Source of the DNA: an uncultured Hyphomicrobiales bacterium
GTDB taxonomy: Bacteria; Pseudomonadota; Alphaproteobacteria; Rhizobiales; TMED25
Assembly: GCA_905181735.1 (NCBI GenBank)
Contig: CAJIYR010000004.1
Coordinates: 1,225-65,224, forward strand
Direction of reading: 5' to 3'
DNA length: 64,000 nt
This document shows, in pieces, positions 21,741 through 33,384 of the stretch. A model generated the notes under the pieces. That model did not search any database. It was not told the DNA's origin and saw only the letters and a list, made by a program, of their open reading frames with translations. The stretch's first letter is position 1. Each line of letters starts with the position of its first letter. A program made the translations under genes and the position numbers.

Positions 21741-22290
21741 AAAATTAAAAGAAGAAGATTTAAACTTATGGAAAGAAATCACTTCCTCTATTCAGCCTTT
21801 AAAAGCCAATAAAAACATTCATGAAGATAGTGATAAAAAGTCACTTAAGTCTGATGAAAAAAACGTATCTACTGAATATAGTTTGGTTAAAAATTCAAAA
21901 AAAATAATAGAAAATTTAAACAAATCAAAGGTTAAAAAAAATATTGAGTATACGGGTATAGACAGAAGAACAAATCAAAAAATGACAAGAGGAAATGTAC
22001 AAATTGGTGCTACTCTTGATTTACACGGTTGCACTCAAATAGAAGCTTACGATTTATTATATGATTTTTTGGTAAAATCATACCAAGATCATTTAAAGTT
22101 AGTGTTGGTTATAACCGGTAAAGGCAGAATAGTTAATTATAATGAATTTAACGCAGTTGGAGTTCTTAAAGCTAATTTACCGATTTGGTTAAAAGAAGAT
22201 AAGTTTTTTAATATTGTAAACGGCTACAAATTTTCTAATCAGAGGCACGGTGGATCGGGTGCCTACTATGTATTGTTAAAAAGCAAATGA
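21733..22290 (+). CDS. Smr/MutS2 domain endonuclease
   Basis: LDLHG, VITGKG, HGGSGAYYV. Confidence 0.92.
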   Translation: MVKKLKEEDLNLWKEITSSIQPLKANKNIHEDSDKKSLKSDEKNVSTEYSLVKNSKKIIENLNKSKVKKNIEYTGIDRRTNQKMTRGNVQIGATLDLHGCTQIEAYDLLYDFLVKSYQDHLKLVLVITGKGRIVNYNEFNAVGVLKANLPIWLKEDKFFNIVNGYKFSNQRHGGSGAYYVLLKSK

Positions 22291-22297
22291 AAAATTA

Positions 22298-23605
22298 CTA
22301 TAAAATAAATTTTGATAAATCTGTATTTTTAGATAAATTGCCAATATTTTTATCGACGTAATCTGCATCTATTATAACGACCTCACCGTCCATATCTGTA
22401 GCTTTGAAACTTATTTCATCCAACACCCGTTCTATTATTGTATGAAGTCTTCTTGCTCCAATATTTTCAACGGATGAATTAACTTCTGCTGCAATACTCG
22501 CGATTTTATCAATACCGTCATCGGTAAATTCTAGTATTACATTTTCTGTTCCAAGTAAGGCCACATATTGTTTTATTAGGCTCGCTTCCGTGTCTTTTAA
22601 AATTTTTACAAAATCATCTTTACTTAATGCGCTTAGTTCAACTCTTATTGGCAATCTTCCCTGCAATTCTGGTAATAAATCGGATGGTTTGGATAGGTGA
22701 AATGCTCCAGAAGTTATGAATAATATATGATCAGTTTTAATTGATCCATGCTTTGTAGCTACCGTTGTACCCTCAATTAAAGGTAGTAAATCTCGCTGTA
22801 CACCCTCTCGGCTAATATCAGCGCCTTGCCTTCCTTCGCGGGCACATATTTTATCAATTTCATCTATAAAAACAATCCCATGATTTTCAACAATTTTTAT
22901 TGCTTCTTGGGCTATTTTTTCATCGTCTAATAATTTATCCGCTTCTTCTTCTGTCAAGATTTCATAGCTATCTTTAACGGACATTTTTTTGCTTGAAAAT
23001 TTATCTCCCAGTGCTTTACCTAGCATATCATTTAGATTTAACATGCCCATTTGGGCTCCAGGCATTCCTGGAATATCAAAACTAGACATATTATTGCGAT
23101 TATCTTTTATTTTAACATTGATTTCTTTATCGTCTAATTCACCCGATCTTAATTTTTTTCTAAAATTTTCACGTGTTGTTTCCGTAGAAGATTCTCCAAC
23201 AAGGGAATTTAAAACTCTTTCTTCTGCGGCTAAATGCGCTTTTGCTTCAACCTCCTTCTTTCTTTTTTCTCTAATCATAACAATACCAATTTCCATTAGA
23301 TCACGTATGATATGTTCCACATCTCTTCCAACGTAACCAACTTCAGTATATTTAGTCGCTTCAACTTTAACAAATGGTGCTTGAGCTAATTTTGCTAATC
23401 TTCTAGATATTTCAGTTTTTCCAACCCCTGTTGGCCCAATCATAAGTATATTCTTTGGAAGGACCTCATCTTTCATTGCTCCAGTTAGTTGTTGTCTTCT
23501 CCATTGATTCCTTAAAGCAATAGCACAGGATCGTTTAGCTTCATTTTGTCCAATAATATATTTGTCTAATTCTGAAACGATTTCTCTTGGTGAAAAGTCG
23601 GCCAT
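22298..23605 (-). CDS. hslU: ATP-dependent protease ATPase subunit HslU
   Basis: [38 protein letters not shown]. Confidence 0.98.
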   Translation of the reverse strand: MADFSPREIVSELDKYIIGQNEAKRSCAIALRNQWRRQQLTGAMKDEVLPKNILMIGPTGVGKTEISRRLAKLAQAPFVKVEATKYTEVGYVGRDVEHIIRDLMEIGIVMIREKRKKEVEAKAHLAAEERVLNSLVGESSTETTRENFRKKLRSGELDDKEINVKIKDNRNNMSSFDIPGMPGAQMGMLNLNDMLGKALGDKFSSKKMSVKDSYEILTEEEADKLLDDEKIAQEAIKIVENHGIVFIDEIDKICAREGRQGADISREGVQRDLLPLIEGTTVATKHGSIKTDHILFITSGAFHLSKPSDLLPELQGRLPIRVELSALSKDDFVKILKDTEASLIKQYVALLGTENVILEFTDDGIDKIASIAAEVNSSVENIGARRLHTIIERVLDEISFKATDMDGEVVIIDADYVDKNIGNLSKNTDLSKFIL

Positions 23606-23639
23606 TTATTCTCCTTCTTAAGAAATTAATGATTTTTTC

Positions 23640-24197
23640 TTAACTTATTTCTATGCTTTCTATGGTAACACTTGAATTTGTGAAAACGCATATTTCAGAC
23701 GCTACTTTCATAGATCTAGTTACTATCTCAATAGCATCATAATCGCTATCAATTAATGCTCTCGCTGCAGCAAGCGCGTAGTTACCTCCAGAACCTATTG
23801 CAATTACTCCATTTTCTGGCTCTAAAACATCTCCATTTCCCGTTAACACGAAACCAACATCTTTATCTGCAACCAACATCATTGCTTCTAGCCTCCTCAT
23901 GTACTTATCCATTCTCCAGTCTTTTGCAAGTTCTACAGCCGCCCTTGTTAGTTGTGTTGGATATTGCTCAAGTTTAACTTCTAATCTATCAAACAACGTT
24001 AAAGCATCTGCTGTTGCCCCAGCAAACCCAGCGATAACATTGCCTTCAGCCCCTAACCTTCTAACTTTTTTTGCATTTGTTTTGATAACAGTATTTCCAA
24101 AGCTGACTTGCCCATCTCCTGCAATGGCCACAATATTATTTTTTCTGACCATTAGGATAGTGGTTCCAAGCCAGGTATTAGAAGAATGATCAATCAT
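23640..24197 (-). CDS. hslV: ATP-dependent protease peptidase subunit HslV
   Basis: Propeptide then [23 protein letters not shown]. Confidence 0.98.
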   Translation of the reverse strand: MIDHSSNTWLGTTILMVRKNNIVAIAGDGQVSFGNTVIKTNAKKVRRLGAEGNVIAGFAGATADALTLFDRLEVKLEQYPTQLTRAAVELAKDWRMDKYMRRLEAMMLVADKDVGFVLTGNGDVLEPENGVIAIGSGGNYALAAARALIDSDYDAIEIVTRSMKVASEICVFTNSSVTIESIEIS

Positions 24198-24344
24198 AGT
24201 TTCCTCAATGTTTTATTAATTAAAATATTTTTAATGTAAATACCTAAACAAGTATATTATAATTGAGTATTTATTAGTACTTTTAATATATTATGTTAAT
24301 AAATTCAGTTTACAAGAGTAAGATAATTTTCTGAGAGTAAAAAA

Positions 24345-24947
24345 ATGAGAAAAATTGAACCGAGAATTGCTCATATAGAACGCAATACAAGTGAAACAAA
24401 AATATTTTGTGATATTAACCTAGATGGATCTGGTGTTTCTAATATAAACACAGGTATTGGGTTTTTAGATCATATGCTTGAACAGATCGCTAAACACGGC
24501 TTGTTTGATATAAACATAATTGCAAAAGGTGATTTACATATTGATATGCACCATACAACAGAAGATGTTGGTATAGTTCTAGGTCAAGCTTTTAAAAAAG
24601 CATTAGATAATAAAATGGGAATAGTAAGATTTTCTGATGTCTTAATGCCAATGGATGAAACATTGACCCGTATTGCTCTTGATATATCTGGAAGACCTTT
24701 CTTAAAGTGGAATGTAAAATTTAGATCACCAAAAGTTGGAAACATGGACACGGAATTATTCCAAGAATGGTTTCATGCTTTTGCCCATAATGCTGGCATT
24801 ACATTGCATATAGAAAGTTTACATGGATTGAATGCACACCATGTTATTGAATCATGCTTTAAAGGGTTAGCTAGAGTTTTAAAAATAGCGGTTTCGCTGG
24901 ACCCCCGAGCACCTGATCGATTACCTTCAACAAAGGGTGTGTTGTAA
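24345..24947 (+). CDS. hisB: imidazoleglycerol-phosphate dehydratase
   Basis: [29 protein letters not shown]. Confidence 0.97.
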   Translation: MRKIEPRIAHIERNTSETKIFCDINLDGSGVSNINTGIGFLDHMLEQIAKHGLFDINIIAKGDLHIDMHHTTEDVGIVLGQAFKKALDNKMGIVRFSDVLMPMDETLTRIALDISGRPFLKWNVKFRSPKVGNMDTELFQEWFHAFAHNAGITLHIESLHGLNAHHVIESCFKGLARVLKIAVSLDPRAPDRLPSTKGVL

Positions 24948-24968
24948 TTAACTAAAAATAGGATTGTT

Positions 24969-25448
24969 ATGGCAATATATACAGTCTATCAAAAAAAAAT
25001 ATTAAATTATAATGGACTAGTGTTAGAAAATGATATTGTTTTTATAAAAGATGGGGTATCAATTATAGCTCTATTTTCACCAATAATATGGTGTTTGTTT
25101 AATAAAAACTTGTTTTTAATCCCACTGTATTTATTGGCGTTATTAATGATACCGCAGCTAGATAACTATTTACCAATTAATATAAGTGCATTAACCATAA
25201 TAATGATTCACTTAATCTGGTCATTTGAATCCAGTGAAATCAAGAGATGGTTGTATGCAATTAGAGGATATAATTTTATTAAAATTATAAGTTCAAGTGA
25301 TATATTTAACGCACAATGGAAGTATATTAATAGTGTTGGTAATCTAGAAAAGAATAATATTACACTAGATAGAATAAAACAATCTGATATAAATAATATA
25401 AAGCAAACAGCTCCCATAATGAATTTATTTCCTTTTAACAAATATTAA
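24969..25448 (+). CDS. DUF2628-like membrane protein
   Basis: MAIYTV, FIKDG, two TM segments and RGY; occupies the usual hisB-hisH position. Confidence 0.65.
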   Translation: MAIYTVYQKKILNYNGLVLENDIVFIKDGVSIIALFSPIIWCLFNKNLFLIPLYLLALLMIPQLDNYLPINISALTIIMIHLIWSFESSEIKRWLYAIRGYNFIKIISSSDIFNAQWKYINSVGNLEKNNITLDRIKQSDINNIKQTAPIMNLFPFNKY

Positions 25449-25464
25449 AAATTAGAAATGATAA

Positions 25465-26118
25465 ATGGAAAAGTTAGGTATAATCGATTTCGGTTCAGGT
25501 AACCTTCATTCAGTATTCAAGGCATTTGAGTTAGTAGCCAGTAAGTCGAATAAGGATCTTAAAGTTGAAATAGTAAAAAATTCAGATGATTTGTTAAATT
25601 GTGATAGAATCGTGCTTCCAGGGGTGGGTTCATTTGCAGATTGCAAAACTGGATTAGAAAAAATAGATTGTTTATCGCAGTCATTAAGTGATTTGGTTAT
25701 TAACAAAGGGAGACCATTTCTAGGGATTTGTGTTGGAATGCAATTAATGGCAGACCAAGGTTTAGAAAATAACCCTACAAAAGGTTTTGGTTGGATTGAA
25801 GGTTCTGTTGAATTAATAAATTTAAAATCAAAAATTTTAAAAATTCCTCACATGGGTTGGAATACATTATTCATAGAAAATAATCATAAAATTATAGAAA
25901 ATATAGATCTTGGAGAAGATGGGTTGCATGCTTATTTTGTTCACTCTTATAATTTTTATATAAAAAAGAAAGAGAATCTAATAACTACTAGTCACCATGA
26001 AATTAATTTAACATCCATGGTAGCAAGAGATAACATTATAGGGGTGCAATTTCACCCTGAAAAAAGCCAGAAATTAGGTTTAAAATTAATTAACAATTTT
26101 ATTGAATGGTCACCTTGA
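25465..26118 (+). CDS. hisH: imidazole glycerol phosphate synthase glutaminase subunit
   Basis: IDFGSGNL, LPGVG, GICVGMQ, PHMGWN, QFHPEKS. Confidence 0.97.
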   Translation: MEKLGIIDFGSGNLHSVFKAFELVASKSNKDLKVEIVKNSDDLLNCDRIVLPGVGSFADCKTGLEKIDCLSQSLSDLVINKGRPFLGICVGMQLMADQGLENNPTKGFGWIEGSVELINLKSKILKIPHMGWNTLFIENNHKIIENIDLGEDGLHAYFVHSYNFYIKKKENLITTSHHEINLTSMVARDNIIGVQFHPEKSQKLGLKLINNFIEWSP

Positions 26119-26119
26119 T

Positions 26120-26860
26120 ATGATACTTTATCCTGCAATTGATATAAAAAATAATGAGTGTGTTAGACTTAAACTAGGGCGTATGGATCAATCTACGATT
26201 TATAATAAAAACCCCGTCGATCAAGCTATTATTTTTGAACGATTGGGTTTTGATTGGTTGCATGTCGTTGATTTAGACGCTGCAGTATCAAATAGTAGGA
26301 TAAATATTGATACAATTCTAGAAATTGTTAATAAAACAAAAATGTCAATTCAGTTAGGTGGCGGTATTAGAGATATCAAAACTATTGAATTTTGGTTAAA
26401 CGCAGGGGTTGATAGTGTTATTTTAGGAACTGCAGCAGTTAATAGACCGGATCTTGTAATAGAGGCTGCAAAGAATTTTACTAACTCTATTTCTATTGCA
26501 CTGGATTCTAGAGATGGAAATATTTCTATAGAGGGTTGGGAAAAATCAACAAATATTAAAGTTGAAGATTTAGCAAAAAAATATTGTGATCTGGGAATAA
26601 GATCTATAATACACACTGATATTAATAGAGACGGTATCCTGAAAGGGCTAAACATAGCTGAATCTAGAAGCCTAGCAAACAGTAGCTCAATACCTGTAGT
26701 TGTAAGCGGGGGATTAAAATCTATTGAGGATATTAAAAACTTGATACTCCCGGAAAATAAAATACTCATGGGAGCTATTATGGGCAGAGCTTTGTATGAT
26801 AAAAAAATTGATCCGTCAGAAGCTCTGAATTTAGTTAACGATAAAAAGAAAGATCAATAG
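26120..26860 (+). CDS. hisA: ProFAR isomerase
   Basis: MILYPAIDI (ATG 26120), LHVVDLD, QLGGGIR, TDI.RDG.L.G. Confidence 0.96.
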   Translation: MILYPAIDIKNNECVRLKLGRMDQSTIYNKNPVDQAIIFERLGFDWLHVVDLDAAVSNSRINIDTILEIVNKTKMSIQLGGGIRDIKTIEFWLNAGVDSVILGTAAVNRPDLVIEAAKNFTNSISIALDSRDGNISIEGWEKSTNIKVEDLAKKYCDLGIRSIIHTDINRDGILKGLNIAESRSLANSSSIPVVVSGGLKSIEDIKNLILPENKILMGAIMGRALYDKKIDPSEALNLVNDKKKDQ

Positions 26861-27633
26861 TGTTAAAATCTAGAATAATTCCTTGTTTGGATGTAGATAA
26901 GGGTAGGGTTGTAAAAGGTGTTAATTTTTTAGATCTGCGAGATGCAGGAGACCCGGTAGAGATTGCTAAGATATATGATTTGCAAGGCGCTGATGAGATT
27001 TGTTTTTTAGATATTACGGCATCTCATGAAGATAGAGGAATTATATTTGATATAATAACAAGAACTGCAGAGCAATGCTTTATGCCACTTACGGTTGGTG
27101 GCGGTGTAAGAACTATTAATGACGTAAGAAATTTATTATTAGCAGGGGCAGATAAAGTATCAATTAACACAGCAGCTATAACTAACCCTTTATTTGTAAA
27201 AGAAGCGGCAGATAAATTTGGTTCACAGTGTATTGTAGTTGCATTGGATGCTAAAAAAATAAATAAAGAGAAGGAAAATTCCTCATGGGAGATTTATACT
27301 CATGGTGGAAGAAATAGAACAGGCCTTGATGTTATTGAGTTTGCAAAGAAAATGGTTGAATATGGTGCAGGAGAAATTTTATTAACATCTATGGACAAAG
27401 ATGGAACAAGGTCAGGTTTTGACATAGAATTAACAAATAAAATGTCAACAAGTGTTTCAGTACCAGTAATTGCAAGTGGAGGAGTTGGAAATCTTGCACA
27501 CTTAGCATCAGGTATCATAAATGGAAAAGCGGACGCGGTTTTAGCCGCATCTATATTTCATTTTGGTGAATACACAATACTTGAAGCAAAAGAATACATG
27601 AAAGATCAAGGCATCGACGTTAGGATTGATTAA
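26860..27633 (+). CDS. hisF: imidazole glycerol phosphate synthase cyclase subunit
   Basis: [29 protein letters not shown]; the GTG start overlaps the hisA TAG. Confidence 0.98.
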   Translation: MLKSRIIPCLDVDKGRVVKGVNFLDLRDAGDPVEIAKIYDLQGADEICFLDITASHEDRGIIFDIITRTAEQCFMPLTVGGGVRTINDVRNLLLAGADKVSINTAAITNPLFVKEAADKFGSQCIVVALDAKKINKEKENSSWEIYTHGGRNRTGLDVIEFAKKMVEYGAGEILLTSMDKDGTRSGFDIELTNKMSTSVSVPVIASGGVGNLAHLASGIINGKADAVLAASIFHFGEYTILEAKEYMKDQGIDVRID

Positions 27634-27703
27634 TATAATTTTTTAATATAATAAATAATAAGTAAATGTTAGAATTTATTTATTTAAGACAGAGAATATA
27701 GAT

Positions 27704-28024
27704 ATGAATATAGATTATATAGCTAAGCTTTCTCAGATTATAAAAGAAAGAAATGGAGTTGATATTGAAACTTCATATACATCTAAATTACTGTCTAACC
27801 CAGAGTTAACTTCAAGGAAAATTGGAGAAGAGGCCATAGAACTGATTATTTCATCGTTAAATAAAGATATACCAAATATAACAATGGAATCTGCAGATCT
27901 TTTATACCATTTAATGGTATTGCTTGAATCCCATGACTTATCCTTAGAAGACGTTTCTAATGAGCTGTTAAAAAGACATGGTGTGTCAGGTATTGAAGAA
28001 AAAAAATCGAGAAAAAATAAATAA
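27704..28024 (+). CDS. hisE: phosphoribosyl-ATP pyrophosphatase
   Basis: SYTSKL, KIGEEA.E, ESADLLYH. Confidence 0.95.
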   Translation: MNIDYIAKLSQIIKERNGVDIETSYTSKLLSNPELTSRKIGEEAIELIISSLNKDIPNITMESADLLYHLMVLLESHDLSLEDVSNELLKRHGVSGIEEKKSRKNK

Positions 28025-28062
28025 AATAAGATTTTTATAATAATTTATATATTGTTAATATT

Positions 28063-29013
28063 ATGAAAAAAAAAGACCGTATATTTTCTCCTTATACAAT
28101 TTTTGCTAAAGAAGATTGGGCAAAATTAAGAGCAGATACAAAGCTACCATTGAACCAGAATGATATTGAGAATTTAAGGGGATTGAATGAGCCAATGTCA
28201 CTTGAAGAGGTTGAAAAAGTTTATTTACCTTTATCTAGGTTATTAAATCTTTATGTAGCAGCTACACAAGGTTTATTTTCAGCTACTAAATCTTTTTTAG
28301 GAAATAGTAGTTATAAAGTTCCATTTATAATAGGCATAGGGGGGTCTGTTGCAGTAGGGAAAAGTACAACAGCAAGAATTTTACAAGCTTTGTTAGCTAG
28401 ATGGTCCAATCATCCAAAAGTTTCCTTGGTAAATACTGATGGGTTTTTAATGCAAAATTCTGAATTAAAAAAATTAAATTTAATGGAAAAAAAAGGTTTT
28501 CCAGAAAGTTATAATTTATCAAATTTATTAAAATTTTTGACTGAGATTAAGGCTGGCAAAGAAAATGTAAAAGCACCTATATATTCTCATTTAATTTATG
28601 ATATTGTTCCAGATAAATACATAAACGTAGATAGGCCTGATATTCTAATAGTCGAAGGTTTAAATGTATTGCAACCCGCACCCCTTCCTAATCAAGGAGA
28701 ATTTATTCCGTACGTATCTGATTTCTTTGATTTTTCAATATATGTTGATGCAGACGAAGAGAATATTTATAGATGGTACGTTGATCGTTTCTTAGAATTA
28801 AAAAATACTGCTTTTATTGATAAGGAATCATATTTTCATAAATATTCATCTTATACTGATGGTGAATCAAAAAAAATTGCTGAAGATATTTGGAAAAATA
28901 TTAACTATAAAAATTTAAGAAAAAATATTTTACCCACACGACAAAGAGCTGATCTCATCATTAAAAAAAGCAATGATCATAGTGTTGAGAAAGTAATTTT
29001 GAGGAAGATATAA
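28063..29013 (+). CDS. coaA: type I pantothenate kinase
   Basis: GSVAVGKSTTAR, KGFPESY, EGLNVLQ, NILPTR.RA. Confidence 0.96.
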   Translation: MKKKDRIFSPYTIFAKEDWAKLRADTKLPLNQNDIENLRGLNEPMSLEEVEKVYLPLSRLLNLYVAATQGLFSATKSFLGNSSYKVPFIIGIGGSVAVGKSTTARILQALLARWSNHPKVSLVNTDGFLMQNSELKKLNLMEKKGFPESYNLSNLLKFLTEIKAGKENVKAPIYSHLIYDIVPDKYINVDRPDILIVEGLNVLQPAPLPNQGEFIPYVSDFFDFSIYVDADEENIYRWYVDRFLELKNTAFIDKESYFHKYSSYTDGESKKIAEDIWKNINYKNLRKNILPTRQRADLIIKKSNDHSVEKVILRKI

Positions 29014-29015
29014 GT

Positions 29016-30002
29016 TTAATTAATATTTTTAATTAAATTAAATAAATTTTTATCTGGCTTTGCACCAATAACTTTAATAATCTCTGATCCACATAAATTT
29101 CCTAAATAAGCACATTCTTTGCCGCTTAAATTCATGTCTATTCCTTTTAGAAATCCTGATGCATATAAATCACCAGCACCAGTAGTATCAATTATTTGTG
29201 TGTGTAAAACTGGTTTTATATGTTCTATGGATATATTTTCAATTAGATAAGAGCCATTTGAACCATCTGTAATAATTATCTTACCTATATAATTAGATAA
29301 TTCTAGAGCTTCATTGAGCATTAGGTTTGTATTGTTAGTCTCTAAAAGAGCAGATACTTCATTTTTATTTCCAAATAAGTAATCGATAGACTTTTCTTTG
29401 ATCAATTTTTTTATTTCTTTGCGGTATAAATCTACACAAATATTGTCTGACAAAGATAGAGCAACATAGCCACCATTTTTTTTACTCTCTTTGACTGACT
29501 TATTGATTATTTTTTTTCCAGATTCTAAATACCATAAATACCCTTCAATAAAGACACCCTTTGTATTTTTAAACATACTCATAGAAATATTTTTATCTGA
29601 TAGTGTGCTTGATGCTCCAAGATATGTATTCATTGTTCTTTCTTTATCAGGTGTTATTAGAACTATAGATCTTCCCGTTACAAGATTATTATCAATGGTT
29701 ATATGTTCTCCTGTAATATTATAATTATTTAAATCTTTTTTAAAGTTTTGGCCAAGATCGTCATTACCGGTTTTTCCTATAAAAGAGACTTCACAACCAA
29801 GTAATGACAAACCAGTCGCTGTATTGCTAGCACTGCCACCACAAGTTTTTTTATTTATATTTATGAGATCTATCAATTCGTCAGATTGATTTTTACTGAC
29901 CATATTCATAGATCCTTTTGATATGTTTTTATTTAACAAAAAATTATCGTCAACTTCTGCAAGAATATCAACAATAGCATTTCCGATACAAACAATATTC
30001 AT
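29016..30002 (-). CDS. PfkB-family kinase (adenosine kinase-like)
   Basis: IGNAIVD, GGSASN, ERTMNTYLGA, DTTGAGDLYASGF. Confidence 0.9.
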   Translation of the reverse strand: MNIVCIGNAIVDILAEVDDNFLLNKNISKGSMNMVSKNQSDELIDLININKKTCGGSASNTATGLSLLGCEVSFIGKTGNDDLGQNFKKDLNNYNITGEHITIDNNLVTGRSIVLITPDKERTMNTYLGASSTLSDKNISMSMFKNTKGVFIEGYLWYLESGKKIINKSVKESKKNGGYVALSLSDNICVDLYRKEIKKLIKEKSIDYLFGNKNEVSALLETNNTNLMLNEALELSNYIGKIIITDGSNGSYLIENISIEHIKPVLHTQIIDTTGAGDLYASGFLKGIDMNLSGKECAYLGNLCGSEIIKVIGAKPDKNLFNLIKNIN

Positions 30003-30011
30003 TTGAGGACC

Positions 30012-30668
30012 TTATTCTAATGTATTTTTATTATCATAACCGCAATAAGTTATTACAGGACATTTCCAACATTCTGGTTTTCTTGCTTTGCATATATATC
30101 TGCCTAAGAATATTAACCAGTTATGAGCATTCATTAAATATTTATCTGGTATTATTTTATAAAAAGCTTCCTCGACTTTAAGGGGTGTTGAACCAACTGC
30201 AAATTTTGTTCTATTTCCTACTCTAAAGATATGTGTATCTACGGCGATAGTTGGTACATTAAAAGCAGTATTTAAAACTACATTTGCTGTTTTTCTTCCT
30301 ACTCCGGGTAACATTATTAGCTCTTCCAGTGTACCTGGAATTCTACCGTTATATTCTTCTATTAAAATTTTACATAAAGCTATAATATTTTTTGCTTTTG
30401 TTTTATATAGCCCAATTGATTTGATATAATTAATTAGGCTCTCTTCTCCTAATTTTATAAATTTTTCTGGCGTATCAAAATTTATAAATAATCCTTTCGT
30501 AGCTTTGTTTACCCCAATATCAGTTGATTGCGCTGACAATAAAACAGCAACTAAAAGGGTAAAGTGATTGTTATAAGACAAATCTGTTGTTGGATTTGGG
30601 TTATTTTTTTTTAATATATAGAAAAAATTATCAATATGACTTTTCATTGAGGTTATAGTTTTTAGCAA
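30012..30668 (-). CDS. nth: endonuclease III
   Basis: LSAQSTD, LPGVGRKTAN, VDTH, C.ARKP.C..C.....C Fe-S motif. Start may be ATG 30647. Confidence 0.97.
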   Translation of the reverse strand: MLKTITSMKSHIDNFFYILKKNNPNPTTDLSYNNHFTLLVAVLLSAQSTDIGVNKATKGLFINFDTPEKFIKLGEESLINYIKSIGLYKTKAKNIIALCKILIEEYNGRIPGTLEELIMLPGVGRKTANVVLNTAFNVPTIAVDTHIFRVGNRTKFAVGSTPLKVEEAFYKIIPDKYLMNAHNWLIFLGRYICKARKPECWKCPVITYCGYDNKNTLE

Positions 30669-31291
30669 AACCTTTTAACAAGTAATTCTGTTTTTTTGGT
30701 TATTTTACAATTGTTATCAAGGTGATACACAATTGGGGTACCTGTTACCACTTCAACATTAATAATTTCTTTTTCATTCAATCCTTCTAAATTCATTATT
30801 ATGGATCTCAGTGAATTTCCATGTGCTGATATAAGTACATTACGTTCTTTTTTTAATTCAGGTAGTATATTTTTTTCAAAATAAGGAACTGTCCTTTCGT
30901 AAGTATCCTTTAAACTTTCTCCATCCTCTGGAGCAACATCATATGAACGTCTCCAGATTTTTACCTGTTCTTCCCCCCATTTTTCTCTGGCCTCATCTTT
31001 GTTGAGACCTGTTAACTTTCCATAGTCACGTTCATTTAATGCAACATTCTTTTCTATTTTTAGATCTTCTTGTTTTAGAACTTTCAAGACAATTTCAAGT
31101 GTTTTTTGAGCTCTAATTAAATTACTTGTATAAGCAGAATGTAATTCTAATTTTAAGTCTTGTAGGGCAAAACCAGCTAATTTTGCTTCAATCATCCCCT
31201 CTTGAGATAGATTTACATCTTTCCAACCTGTGAACTGATTTAACTTATTCCACTCACTTTGACCATGTCTTAATAATATTAATTTACTCAT
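30662..31291 (-). CDS. gpmA: 2,3-bisphosphoglycerate-dependent phosphoglycerate mutase
   Basis: RHGQSEWN, FTGW, LNERDYG, WRRSYD, AHGNSLR. Confidence 0.96.
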   Translation of the reverse strand: MSKLILLRHGQSEWNKLNQFTGWKDVNLSQEGMIEAKLAGFALQDLKLELHSAYTSNLIRAQKTLEIVLKVLKQEDLKIEKNVALNERDYGKLTGLNKDEAREKWGEEQVKIWRRSYDVAPEDGESLKDTYERTVPYFEKNILPELKKERNVLISAHGNSLRSIIMNLEGLNEKEIINVEVVTGTPIVYHLDNNCKITKKTELLVKRFC

Positions 31292-31305
31292 ATTTATCCT
31301 AATTT

Positions 31306-32106
31306 TTATTTTAAATCCAGCACATCAAGCATTGAATATAACCCTGGATTTTTATGTTTTGCCCACAACGCTGCTGTTAAGGCTCCTTGTGCAAATATAC
31401 CTCTATCCGAGGCTGAATGTGATAATTTAATAGTTTCTCCGTCTCCTGAAAAAATAACATCATGCTCGCCAATAATACTGCCACCTCGGAGAGTTGCAAA
31501 TCCGATGGAATTAATCTCCCTTTCACCAGTAATGTTATTTCTGTTATATATAGCATTTTTATCAAAATCAATTTTTCTTCCGATTGCTGCAGACTTTCCT
31601 AGCAAAAGCGCTGTCCCAGACGGCGCATCTATCTTTTTTTTGTGATGCATTTCAATAATCTCTATATCAAAATTTTTATTTAAAGTTTCTGCAGCTCTTC
31701 TGGTAAGTTCTGATAATAAATTAACACCTAAACTCATATTACCAGATTGTATTATTTTTGCATGCATAGCGGCGAGGAGTATTTTCTCTTGCTGGTCAGC
31801 TGTAAAGCCTGTAGTGCCGATTACATGCACTATTCTTGTCTGTGCAGCAACAATACTATTTTCGATAGAAGTTAAGGGATTGGTAAAATCAAGGATGCCA
31901 TCTGCATCTTTTGCTAAGTGTAAAATATCTGATGAAATTTTAATTCCTGTATTTTTAACACCAACAAGATCACCTATATCTTGATTTAAATATTCTGAAT
32001 CGGTTTTTACTGTTGCACCAATAATTTCGAAATTATTGTTTATAAGAGCTTTTTTAATAAGCTCTCTACCCATTCTTCCAGAAGCACCTGATATTATAAT
32101 TTTCAT
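31306..32106 (-). CDS. dapB: 4-hydroxy-tetrahydrodipicolinate reductase
   Basis: GASGRMG, GTTG, EMHH..K.DAPSGTA. Confidence 0.97.
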   Translation of the reverse strand: MKIIISGASGRMGRELIKKALINNNFEIIGATVKTDSEYLNQDIGDLVGVKNTGIKISSDILHLAKDADGILDFTNPLTSIENSIVAAQTRIVHVIGTTGFTADQQEKILLAAMHAKIIQSGNMSLGVNLLSELTRRAAETLNKNFDIEIIEMHHKKKIDAPSGTALLLGKSAAIGRKIDFDKNAIYNRNNITGEREINSIGFATLRGGSIIGEHDVIFSGDGETIKLSHSASDRGIFAQGALTAALWAKHKNPGLYSMLDVLDLK

Positions 32107-32135
32107 TTTAGTTACCGTTTTTATTTAATATATTA

Positions 32136-32173
32136 TAATATGATATATGAATTAAAATTTATATATCATATTA
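32136..32173 (-). terminator. AU-rich hairpin directly after dnaJ stop (terminator or stabiliser candidate)
   Basis: 13-bp inverted repeat TAATATGATATAT / ATATATCATATTA with a 12-nt partly paired centre; no clean U-tract. Confidence 0.35.
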
Positions 32174-33307
32174 TTCTTTATTAACACCGCCCCAAAATTC
32201 TTTTATTTTTTCAAAAAACCCATGACTTTCAGGATTATTTTTTTTACTTGACAGCTTTTCAAATTCTCTTAGTAGTTCTTTTTGTTTTTTTGATAGATTT
32301 AATGGAGTTTCAACTGTTATTTGAAGATACATATCACCAAATCTTTTTTGTCTCAATATCGGCATACCTTTTCCACGAAGTCTAAATTGTTTTGTATTTT
32401 GTGAGCCTTCTGGAATAGTAACCCGGGTTTTTCCTCCATCAACAGTAGGTATTTCTATTTGCCCACCAAGTGCTGCAGTTGGCATAGATACTGGTATATT
32501 GCAAAAAATATCAGCCCCATCTCTTTGAAAAAAACTATGTGTTTTTAACGATACAAATATATATAAATCTCCTGAAGAGCCTCCTCTTATACCAGCTTCT
32601 CCTTGTCCAGATAAACGTATTCTATTACCATCCTCAATCCCTGCAGGTATTTCTACAGATAATTTTTTTGGTTTTTGTGTTCTCCCTTGTCCATTGCAAT
32701 CTTCACAAGGACTTACAATGATGCGGCCTTGTCCTTGGCAAGAGCTACAGGTACGTTCAACCGTAAAAAAACCTTGACTCGCTCTTACTTTACCAGATCC
32801 ATGACATTGGGGACAATCAATTGGGCTGGTACCTTTCTTGCTACCGCTACCGCTACATTTAATACAAGAATCACTAACTGTTACATTAATTGTATCGGAT
32901 TTTCCTTTAAAAGCCTCTTCAAGTGTGATTTCCATATTATAGCGTAAGTCTGACCCTCTACCATTATTTCCTTGCCGTCCTGAACCAGAATCACCAAAAA
33001 AATCATTAAATATATCAGAAAATGAAGAGCTAAAATTACCATCAAATCCACCTCCACCTCCACCTCTAGAGGCATTATTATTTTCAAATGCTGAATGACC
33101 ATATCTATCGTAAGCAGCCCGACTCTCTGGATTCTTAAGACGTTCGTAAGCTTCAGAAATTTCTTTAAATTTATTCTCAGCTTCTGTATTACCAGGATTA
33201 TGATCGGGGTGATATTTTTTTGCTAATTTTCTAAAAGCTGATTTCAAAGTTTTATCATCAGAACTTTTATTTATTTCTAATGTTTCATAGTAGTCACGTT
33301 TTGCCAT
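32171..33307 (-). CDS. dnaJ: chaperone DnaJ
   Basis: J-domain HPD, G/F-rich linker, four CxxCxGxG repeats. Confidence 0.98.
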   Translation of the reverse strand: MAKRDYYETLEINKSSDDKTLKSAFRKLAKKYHPDHNPGNTEAENKFKEISEAYERLKNPESRAAYDRYGHSAFENNNASRGGGGGGFDGNFSSSFSDIFNDFFGDSGSGRQGNNGRGSDLRYNMEITLEEAFKGKSDTINVTVSDSCIKCSGSGSKKGTSPIDCPQCHGSGKVRASQGFFTVERTCSSCQGQGRIIVSPCEDCNGQGRTQKPKKLSVEIPAGIEDGNRIRLSGQGEAGIRGGSSGDLYIFVSLKTHSFFQRDGADIFCNIPVSMPTAALGGQIEIPTVDGGKTRVTIPEGSQNTKQFRLRGKGMPILRQKRFGDMYLQITVETPLNLSKKQKELLREFEKLSSKKNNPESHGFFEKIKEFWGGVNKE

Positions 33308-33384
33308 GATTTAAACTATACCTAATAATTTTTTAATATTAATAAATAACCATTTTAATTATAAAAGATTAAATAAAAATAAAA

